Source: Yuukianura sp. NJ FZ-2021
Lineage: Eukaryota
Reading direction: 5' to 3'
NCBI GenBank assembly: GCA_046563655.1
Contig: CM102287.1
Coordinates: forward strand, 2,046,001-2,110,000
DNA length: 64,000 nucleotides
Below the pieces are notes generated by a model. It was given only the letters and a program-made list of their open reading frames with translations. It ran no database searches and was not told where the DNA came from. This document shows, piece by piece, positions 54,481 to 64,000 of this stretch; position 1 is the stretch's first letter; each line of letters starts with the position of its first letter. Both the position numbers and the translations under genes were made by a program.

Positions 54481-55322
54481 GATCTTCGACGCGAACAAGG
54501 GGACCGGAAACTACTGCCAACGACCTCACCGCTGACCTACATTGCCGGATTTGAGCAGTAACCGTCGCCGTTCAGCGAATATCGGTAAAGTAAAACATCT
54601 GATTTTCGAAATGTAGGCATTGTAGCCAGAAATTCGCCTCGTACGGTTGCCGCCCCTCCCCCCTCTATCCGTTTTATCCCATTTCGCAGGTCAGAGGTCA
54701 CGCCAGTGGCGTGGAGCTCAGTTAGTGGAGCAGTTTACCTTTTTTTTCTGGTAAAGCAAGTTAGTTTTGGTGGATTATGGTGGTTTAGTGGCTCCCTACG
54801 ACCATTATTTCATTCGTCCTTGTCCCACCATCCCGTTTTCCCCATTTTTAGGCAGTTTTGAGGCCATTTTGACCCCGAATCATCGATTTTGAGCCACAAA
54901 AGAGGGAAATTTCAAGATGGTGGCTTGGACGCTTGGAAGGAAGGAAGCCTTCATGGACGCTTAGAGGTGGTGAGGAGGTTGAAGGAGTCCACCCCCTCCT
55001 TCGGAATACACGCTAGCGGCGGATCTCCCCTCTTCTTTCCCTCTTTTCCCTTCTTTTCAACAGCGTCTCCTCCAACCACCACGAAACACCACTACCTATT
55101 GCAATTGCAATTGCAAAATTGCAGTTGCACTACAGCAACGCCTGTTCCCTTGTACTCTCCACTTCTACCGTTTAATTCCTTTTACCAATTCCTCCTTTTA
55201 GACGACAATACTACAAAAACCTAATTAAATACAAAATTTAGGAAATCTAATTTCGCAATTATTGGTTCTTTTGCTAATTACTTTTCTTTTGAGTTTCAGT
55301 TAATTCCATTTGATTTCCTGCC

Positions 55323-56684
55323 ATGAGTCAGCAGCCATTCTACACAAATTCATCCAGGGGGACCACAAATAACCTACGAACCCCTGATGGTCGCCCGATT
55401 TGCAACTTTTGTAGATTCGGTGGCCATACCAAAGGATGCTGTCCCCGCAACAGGAACCGTCACCGATCTACGCAACGAATCACGCCAGTACCACTCATGT
55501 CTCTTCATTTTGACTCTCCGCCTGCTCCAAATCAATTCCAAATTCCAGAATCCAGAAGCCCGTCATGTTCTTCCTGTGGATTAGAAGACTCCCTAGCCCC
55601 GATTCTTTCCGGAATTCTGCAGATGCTGCAGGAAATCATTCGTCGTTTGCCAGCAGTAGCTCCCGATTTTCCTCAATCCACAGGAACCCCATCGAAGTCG
55701 ACTTGTTCCACCCAAACCGACCACGCTCCATCGTCGCCTTCAGCTGAAACTCCGTCACCCCCGATTATTCCAGAACTTCCAGAGCCCGTGATCCCTGATA
55801 CTATCCTACATCCGTTACCTAATCCTAACCCTAGCTATGTCAGTTCGAGAGACCCCGATTCCGTTTTTGTGCCCCCTGCTCCAGTTCCGATGCCCGTTCT
55901 CCCAGTTTCAGGCATCTTTCCTCTTTCTCACACTTTAGGTGATCGACGTAAGATTTTCCGCCTCGGAGATATTCCTGAGAGCTGGATGAGGGAGAAGGAA
56001 TGGGAAATTGCCATGGTCTACCACGAACTCGACTTTTACACCCCAATCTTCGGCAGTCTCTTGATCAACGACATAGATCCTCCTCTCCAAAAATATTTCC
56101 TTTCCCATGTTGACCACGGACTCCAAGTTCTTGAGAAGTTGAGACTCCTAGATGAATTCCGAGACTCCCTTCCTAGTTTCCTTGATTGGGAAGCGCTGAT
56201 GGTTCAGCGTGGATTGCCTTGCCCCGCCCGGTTTAGTGAGCCCGAGTTCCCAGCACCTCGTGATGATGCCATTGTACTTTCTGCACTCTCCTGTGACAAG
56301 CCCGGTTTGGTCAAGGAACAAGTTCAACTTCCCCGTTTTCGCCTTTTCCAGAACTTTCGCTTCAAGAAAGACGTGACACCAAAGAAGCCCTCCTTTTCAC
56401 TTGGATCAAACCCATCCAAGTTTGTTCGTTTGGCGAAACAGTACCTGGACTTCCATTTTCCCGCCAAAGTTTACCCAGATCGAGGCCAGGACATTGTTGA
56501 ACTTTTGGACCCCCAACTCCAGATCTACTTCACCCTTGGATGCGAAACAGAAGAAACTGTTTGTCGCCGTCTCGTCCTCCTGAACAGTTTCCGCCGTTCC
56601 CTTCCCAATTTTTTAGATTGGAAATCCCTGATGGTCACTGAAGAATTGCCTTGCCCTCCTCCTCGCCCTGGATTTGGTATGTAA
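55323..56684 (+). CDS. Orphan 453-aa protein: gag-type zinc knuckle, Pro-rich linker, two copies of an unknown ~60-aa domain
   Basis: ATG-initiated intact ORF with RTPDGRPICNFCRFGGHTKGCC. The motif DPxLQxYF...LxLLxxFRxSLPxFLDWxxLMVxxxLPCP occurs twice. Confidence 0.7.
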   Translation: MSQQPFYTNSSRGTTNNLRTPDGRPICNFCRFGGHTKGCCPRNRNRHRSTQRITPVPLMSLHFDSPPAPNQFQIPESRSPSCSSCGLEDSLAPILSGILQMLQEIIRRLPAVAPDFPQSTGTPSKSTCSTQTDHAPSSPSAETPSPPIIPELPEPVIPDTILHPLPNPNPSYVSSRDPDSVFVPPAPVPMPVLPVSGIFPLSHTLGDRRKIFRLGDIPESWMREKEWEIAMVYHELDFYTPIFGSLLINDIDPPLQKYFLSHVDHGLQVLEKLRLLDEFRDSLPSFLDWEALMVQRGLPCPARFSEPEFPAPRDDAIVLSALSCDKPGLVKEQVQLPRFRLFQNFRFKKDVTPKKPSFSLGSNPSKFVRLAKQYLDFHFPAKVYPDRGQDIVELLDPQLQIYFTLGCETEETVCRRLVLLNSFRRSLPNFLDWKSLMVTEELPCPPPRPGFGM

Positions 56685-57696
56685 GTTCTTCAGTCCTCCC
56701 CGAATTTGGTAAGGGTATTGTGTCTGAAATTGGGGTGAAATATGCCTCTGGTTTTGTGGTTGGTTTAATTGAAGTGAAACATGCTTCTTGTCTTTTGTCT
56801 TTGTATTGCGGTGAAATATGCTGCTGGATTTTCTTTGGTTTGCATTGGGGTGAAACATGCCTCTGGATTTTGGTAATTGATTTGATTTTTGTGTTTTTGG
56901 TATTTTTGGCCTTGATTTTTTGTGTATTTTGGTATTTTGTGCACTGATTTTTGATTGAATTTTGTGATGTTGCCTATATGGTTCCCCGTTTTCCCCGCTA
57001 ATCATTTGATTTCCCAGGTTTTTAGGAGACATAGGCCTGCAGGAGATCGACGTCGCGCGCACCCCATGGATTGATACTTTGATGACTACTTTGGACACTT
57101 TTACTGGTTCTTAAACACACCTTTTGATTTATGTATATATACGAAATACAATTTTTCCTGGCCTTTGCTTTCTTTCCTTTTCTAGAGATGTTGATTCCCT
57201 AAATTTGTTCCCCACACCCTCCATTTTGAGCCTTAGACGAGCATTTTTCCTAAATTTTCCCCCTACCCGTGTAGCACCTCGTGCTACGCAAACTGCCAGG
57301 AATGGCCTCCAGACTACGATCCGAGCACTGCCGGACTCATGCAACGAACTGAGGAACCAAAGAACACCAATGAAACAGCACGAAGACAACACAAAGACAC
57401 GAAGACAAATAAATATAAAATATATTTATTTGTACAAAAGATACAAAGTCTTCAGCTCATGCTGAGACAAAACCCAAACACCGACTGACTGGCACAACCA
57501 GTCTCCAATACTCTCCTGACCTCTCCTCTACCACGCTAACTCTCTCAAAACTCGCGCTAAGCGCTAAACCAAATCTCGACTAACGCTAAGACTAACCGCT
57601 AGCGTAACTATACTAACCTAAGGCCACACCCTAACCTCAAGGGGCACACGACCCTAACCTAAAGGGGGAAAACCGGGGAACTACACCTTCCTCCTT

Positions 57697-59696
57697 CTAA
57701 AGAGCGGGTTCCGGGGCATTCCTCGGGACACGATCTCCAGCATCCACTGCTTCTCGGGCTGCACGCTCCTCTTCTCGTCGCAACCGCTCCTCCTCAGCAC
57801 GAATACGAAGATCTCGGCGTCGATTCATGTTGAGACGCCGGCGTCGATGACGTCTTCTTTCTTCTGGTTCTGGCAGATCTGGCAGATGCCGCTCGCTTCC
57901 ACAGTGGGGACAGTTTCGGCGATCTCGCCGATCTCTTCGTCCGGCTGCAGCTACTACTTCCTGGGGCTCCTCCTCCATCGCATCCATCACTTCTTGGGGC
58001 TCATCCAGTGGAACTTGTGGTTCGTAAACCACATTCGCAATTTCTTCTTGTGGTACTCCTACCACCTCACGCAGATCATCTTCAGAGACGGTGACAATCA
58101 GCATCTCACCGTCATCGCTGTCACTAAATTCCTGGACGTTGCACTCCACTTCCACTTGAGATTCCTCTTCTTCCTCCTCCAATGGTTGGTCAGAAACATC
58201 TGACAAATCGGAAACATCTGATAAACCATCAATGTCAACAGACACTGGAGCACTAATATTTACATTTTGGGAAGTTGATTGAGCAACTTCCGCCTCCATC
58301 CTGGCAATATCCTTCCTTGTGACTGGCGTATCCCAGTCAAAAACAGACAAATCAAGAGTCACTTTTGGCACTGTAGCAGGAAAATTTACACTTTTGGAAG
58401 TTGATTGAACAACTTCCTGTTCCATTCTTTTTACATCTTCTTTAGTGATTGGTGTATCCCAATCAAAAATGGATAAATCCAAAGTCACTTTTTGCACTGT
58501 AGAAGTTGTAGCACCAACTTCTGTGACTCCACCCACTTTTTCTTTAGAGTCAAAAATGGCAATCAGCATATCCAAATGACCAGATGACAAAACATTTTTG
58601 CCAATCACTTTCTCCACACTTAACTTATCTTTAGGCACTTGCTTAATCAATTGAGCACAAGTAACATCAGCAATGACTTCTTTTGGTTGAACATCCAATT
58701 CCCTGGCAACCAAGTCTCTCCAGCCGACAACTTGCTCCATCATAGTGACACTTACGTCAGGCATGTTCACTTTAGCCAGAATCTCACGGGCACTTGGATT
58801 AGGCTTAAACTTGTACACTTTTAAGCACAAATTGTTACATAATTTGACAACCTCATTCCACTTAACACTTTCACTTTTGAAGTCATAATAACGTTGCTTC
58901 ATGACTTCAAACACGCGTAACAACAAATGTGTGTCACTCCTGGCGTATTGTATCATGTCTGGATGCATGTTTTCAATTGGACGGATCCTAAAGTCAGCAA
59001 GTTGACAATCCTTGCTCACTTTCACACCAGGCAAGTAGTCACTAATCACTTTGTCCAATCCACGTCCTTGAGTCCCTCCAAAGACAGAATCCACAATTTG
59101 AATGTCGATGACACCAATGAAGAAAATGTTATAATGAAGTTGGAACATCAGCATGTCATTAGCACTTCCATGCAGAATCTTGATGTAGTTGCCATTGGAG
59201 AACACCTCACGTAACATCTGCATCTGAATAGGCACGACAAATGGATCAATGATGAAATCCGATTCCTTGGTGGAAATCTGCAAGGAACAAACATAACGAT
59301 CACGATAGCCTTTGTCATGACTAAACTCCATGTCCACACTTATAACTCGTTCGGCTCTCAACAAACCAAGCATAACCATGAACTTTGCCTCCGTATCAAT
59401 AATGCGAATAGGAACATATGATCTCTGGTCAGCAATTTTTTCCTTAGACGGCTCCATGACTGCATCCCACAACCGAAACACTTTCACTAACGACGTATGA
59501 GGATGATACTTGTACGGAAATTCATCCCATGAATTCCGTTGAGCAGATTCAAATAAAAACATGTCCTTACGTTCCTGTGGACTCTTATCAGCAGTAATAT
59601 ACTTTAGTTCGCACTCACGTCTCTTCTTCCAGTAATCTTGAGTTTTCTTTTTCTTTGCACTAACTGGCACCACATCCTAACGACGGATGATGGCAT
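57697..59696 (-). pseudogene. Rrp6-like DEDDy exonuclease, copy B; 1-nt deletion just after the ATG, otherwise open
   Basis: Same D-E-D-Y-D motifs as copy A. ATG 59696 is 23 nt from the in-frame GTG 59673, against 24 nt in copy A. Confidence 0.88.
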
Positions 59697-59755
59697 GATG
59701 GAAGTCAGGAAATGACTTCCAAAACACTGAAAAGAACAACTGAACAGAGCACGTT

Positions 59756-62700
59756 TTAACTTCTGTATCCAGCGAGCGTGCGATAGTTGAGCCGAACTTT
59801 TTTCCTCAAAGTTCTTCCTCCAGAGTTCGCTTCATCCTCCGAGTCCGACCAATCCTCAGACTTAGTGGGAATTCTCGGAACCGCAAACTGCGACGTACGA
59901 ACAGTATAAGGCTTCAACTCCGACACATGACGCTTTCCAAAATTAGTTTTCTCAGGCAATGTCACAAGTTTGAAGGTCACTGGGGTTTACATTTCACTAA
60001 TTTGGTATGGACCAATGTAACGAGGATCTAATTTCTTCGCAATTCCTTTTTTCTTGTCTGACAACGAATGATTTTTAATAAGCACTAGATCACCAACTTG
60101 AAAGTTTCCTTCTTGATGTTTAGAGTCATAATGCTTGATATTATGCTCATGTGCTTCTTCCATGTTCTTCCTCACGAACTGAATTATTTCTTCTAATTGA
60201 GCAGGCAGAAGTCCTAACTTCCGGACTTCCCTGTCACCATCACTTTGTAAGTTCCTATCAAGGGGCAGCGGAATCTCACGACCTAAATTTAGTAACGCAG
60301 GAGTCACTTTAGTAGTCGAATGTACAGAGGTTCTAAGAGCCAATGCGAACTTCTGGAGATGCTGGTCCCATGATCTATGATTCTTGTCGACATAAGCCTG
60401 GAGCATAGGCTTAAGGTTCCGATTGACCCTTTCGACTGTGTTAGCTTGCGCATGGTACGGACTTACGGGAACATGGTTGATCTTCCAGTCCTTAGCCATC
60501 TTAATCATCACTTTTGACAGAAATTGGCTTCCATTATCCGAGACAACTGTTTTCGGAGTACCATAACGACAAAAAATTTCATTCACTAACACTTCCACAA
60601 CTTTTTTCGATTTTGCTTTCCGCATCGGGAATAACTCCACCCACTTGGATAAATCGTCTTCCACGACGAACAAATACTCATTTTGATTTGAAGATCTTGG
60701 CAGTGGACCCAGAAAATCAATGTAGATTTTCTCAAACACTTTAGTAGGAGGAGACACTGCTTGCAATAATCCAAAGGGCTTGTAGTTGCAAGACTTGACT
60801 GCTTGACAAACTGGACATGACTTTACATAATCACTGATGTCCTTATTCATGTTTTTCCAGAAAAATCTTCGTTTGATTTTTACTTTTGTGGCTTTGATGC
60901 CAAGATGCGCTGCTTCTGGCACATCATGTATAGTTGGGGCAACCAAAATAGACCCAAGTTTTTCTAGAGGATACTCGCACTCACGCCCTTCTCCAACTGG
61001 CACCCGCTTCTCCACTCAACTCCAAAATGAACCTCCCATCTAAGAGGAGACTGCCACAAGCTTTACAGAGGTGTGAGTGCGAGTATCCTCTAGAAAAACT
61101 TGGGTCTATTTTGGTTGCCCCAACTATAGTAACTTCATTATTTCGGGTATCATGACCCTTGGTACCACTGGCACCTGAATGAGCTCACTTTTACGAGCTG
61201 AGGAACTGCTGAACTCTTTTTCGTCAACATCCTCTAGAGTGATGTCGGAAGATTGAGGCCTCGTTTCCGCACATCGCCCCTCGATAATGTCTCCGCAGAA
61301 ACCATTATCGGAATAGAAGTCAAAACTCTTGACTTCTCTGCCTAGTACGCCATTCTTTAGGACGTAACTTTTTACACTTTTACCACTTTCAATGTCACTG
61401 ATCACTTTCACTAAATCAGGATCTCTTCGTTGTTCGTCTTTCATCCTCTGGATCGTAGGAGTATCAAACGACAGTAACGCCACGGCCGTTGGCGAGTACA
61501 TGTACGCCGGGGAATCATCTTCAAAATCGAGATCTTCTTCATCGACAGGAACTGGAGCACGTGAAAGCGCGTCCGCCTCCACATTATCCTTCCCGGAGCG
61601 ATGCTTGATCTCGACACCCCATGACTTGATCTCCGTATCCCACAAAGCCAATTTTGCTTTCCGCTCCTTCATCTTGTTGAGGAATGATAAGGCTTTGTTG
61701 TCAGTAATAATGGTGAACTTCTGACCTTCAATGTATTCTCTGAGCTTCCGGTAGGCCCAAATAATCGCGAACAACTCTTTTTCGTAAATGTGGTACCGAA
61801 TTTTATGATTTTCGGAGTGTTTTGCTGATAAACATCACTGGTCTCTCCACACCATTAATCACTTGAGTTAAGGCCGCACCTAACCCATAATTCGACGCAT
61901 CACACTTTAACAAAATCGGATGGTCGTAGTCAACTGCATGTAACATCACATCGTTGCACATTGACTCTTTTAGTGACTGGAACGACTTCTCCTGTTCTTC
62001 TCCCCAAATCCACGGTTGGTTTTTTCTTAGAAGTCGGTACAGTGGCTCTGCCTTTGCAGCAAAATGTTCAATAAACGGAGCATACCACTGAGTCATTCCA
62101 TGGAAACTTTGCACTTCTTTGACGTTCTTCGGAGTAGGGAAATCCACTATGGCACTCACTTTTTTAGGACACTTTTGTAGACCATGTTCTGTCAAACGAT
62201 GGCCCAACACCTCAACCTCTCTCTTACAACACTGTAGCTTTTGAGGACTAATGGTGAGTCCTGCCATCTTCAACCTACTCAGCACTTTTTCTAAATGCAC
62301 TAAATGTTCATCCAGAGTCTTACTGAACAAAATGATATCGTCCATGTAGCACTTTGCAAACTTGGAGAATCCTTGGATGACTTTCCGCATCAACTGCTGA
62401 CACGTCTTTGGACTGTTTTTTAATCCGAATGGCATCACTAGGAACTCGTAGTGGCCATCCTGAGTCACGAACGCTGACTTTTCCACACTGTCCGGATGCA
62501 ACTTGACTTGCCAATATCCTTTCGCAAGATCAATCACTGTGTACCAATAACCTGCTGGAATTGTGTGTAAAATAGAATGAGCACTTTCCATTGGCGCAGC
62601 ATTCGTCTTGGTTTGCTGATTCAGCAACGTATAATCCACGCAAAGTCGCTTACTGCCGTCTTTCTTTGGTACCACCACAACTGGAGCTGCATACGGTGAC

Positions 62701-63413
62701 CTTGAAGGTCTGATTAGACCTTCCTTCAACATTTCTTGAATTTGATCATTGATGATCTTCTGCATTTCTGGTGACCTTCTGTAAGGGTTCCTTGCCGGTG
62801 GACACCCTTCATCTTCTATGACATGATGAGTCAGGTCCGTCCTTCCCAACTTCCCATCACTCCGGACGACCGTTGGAAATTTCTCTAGGACACGCTGAAC
62901 TCTCACTCTCACTTCACTATCTTCATTATGGCTTACTGGTAAAGCCACTGAAAACAACGCAGTCCCGGTTGTTTCTGTAGTGGAAGTCAATTTGAATTTC
63001 TGACTTCCATTGTCACCAAACCAAAACTCTTTACTTCTCAATCTAATTACAATGTCATTCTGAAAACAAAAATCAGAACCTAACACACACTTAACTGGCA
63101 AACCCTCCGCCACATAGAACTTTGACTTGAAAGTTCGACCACCAATTTTTATATACACAAAACAGAAGCCAATGAGACGTAGCTTCTGACTATTCATCAT
63201 AGTTGTAGACGTATTTTTTAACGGAACTACAACTGACTGCAACTTTTTACATAACTGTACATCAATGAGTGACTGCGAACATCCCGTGTCGAAAATTGCC
63301 AAAAAATTCGAATCTTCATTCGCCACAGTCACAAAAGGAATTAAATCGTCCGAAACTTGAACTAAGGTAGGGTGAATGATGGACGACTTCTCATTCACCA
63401 CTGCGTGTTTAAC
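59756..63413 (-). pseudogene. pol: pol, copy B, disrupted
   Basis: Near-identical to copy A, but with a stop plus frameshift at ~61803, a MITE at 60931-61126, and TTA>TAA at 59987. Confidence 0.95.
60931..61126. mobile_element. 196-bp MITE, TA TSD (Tc1/mariner-type)
   Basis: 54-bp perfect TIR TAGTTGGGGCAACC...CGCACTCAC, with TA at 60929-60930 and 61127-61128. The empty site is present in copy A (AAGTTAC-TA-CATGATG, ~41848). Confidence 0.96.
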
Positions 63414-64000
63414 TTCTCATTAGAAGTTGACGCTTCGTTTTTTTCAGGTGGTTCCTTCTTCTTCTTTGGAACTGGAAGTCCTTGGGGGACTTCCTCCTGA
63501 AATGACCCTAAAGCCAAACCAACACCTGATGGACACTGAAACTTACGATGCCCAAAACCATTACACTTGAAGCACTGAACATCACTTAAGTCTTGCCTAG
63601 AGGTCTGGCCTTGACCTCTGCCTTGACCACCACCACGGTCGTTGTCATTAGAAGAACCACGATTACCACGGTAACCGCCCTTCCCACGTGCAGGCGAATC
63701 ATTTTGAGGCTGCACTGAATTCTTGTCATAATTGGATTTAGAACTTTGACCTTGTGACTGGTCATTGGGTTGAGATGAGGAATGTCCACTGTTCGGACTT
63801 CCATTACTTCCATTAGTCGGGGATTGATCACTGGAATAATTCTTGTAGCCATTTCCTTTGCCTTTCCAGTTTCCACGGAAGCCATTATTTTTGGCTTCCT
63901 TCCCACGAAACCAATTATTTCCATTGGAAGTTCCAGCAGAACTTCCAGCATTTGAATTAGTGGAATTATCATCTTTCTTGACTGACTCTGACTTTGAGTC
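63395..64000 (-). CDS. gag: gag 3' part, copy B (runs off the window)
   Basis: Matches the copy A gag C-terminus, including the CCHC knuckle. Confidence 0.92.
   Translation of the reverse strand, partial: DSKSESVKKDDNSTNSNAGSSAGTSNGNNWFRGKEAKNNGFRGNWKGKGNGYKNYSSDQSPTNGSNGSPNSGHSSSQPNDQSQGQSSKSNYDKNSVQPQNDSPARGKGGYRGNRGSSNDNDRGGGQGRGQGQTSRQDLSDVQCFKCNGFGHRKFQCPSGVGLALGSFQEEVPQGLPVPKKKKEPPEKNEASTSNEKLNTQW

Larger units (their letters stand above)
57270..64000 (-). mobile_element. Gypsy family 2 copy B (defective; 5' part outside the window)
   Basis: 3' LTR at 57270-57685, PPT, exonuclease ORF, pol and the gag 3' end are all homologous to 37422-45504 in inverted orientation. Confidence 0.97.

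Noticed and set aside
60931..61015. Novel N-terminus on the 342-aa integrase ORF
   Set aside because: Derived from the 196-bp MITE that disrupts pol.

Overview
Eukaryotic DNA, most likely from an invertebrate or arthropod (short GT-AG introns, tRNA-primed LTR elements). The window is almost entirely nested transposable elements and contains no recognisable host gene. Left to right: (1) a ~128-bp satellite interrupted by a CCC...GGG TIR element; (2) a hAT fragment and a BEL/Pao LTR; (3) a ~24.6-kb Helentron (Rep-helicase-APE endonuclease plus RPA70-like cargo), split by a long-TIR element that hosts a 14-kb Gypsy/Metaviridae provirus (11836-25857); (4) a DD41D Tc1/mariner, a degenerate BEL/Pao element and a tandem array of DINE-1-like non-autonomous Helentrons; (5) two inverted copies of a second Gypsy family and a third Gypsy inside a hAT MITE; (6) an orphan zinc-knuckle ORF. 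The main result is the five-gene layout of the 14-kb provirus: a membrane-type matrix metalloproteinase upstream of gag (split by nested MITEs but restored in frame on their removal), then gag, pol, an F-type env, and a catalytically degenerate Rrp6/RNase D-like exonuclease. Gag, env and the exonuclease ORF each have a candidate splice acceptor just upstream. The second Gypsy family also carries an Rrp6-like DEDDy+HRDC exonuclease after pol, with all catalytic residues intact in both copies. All protein assignments come from motif recognition by eye; no database searches were run.
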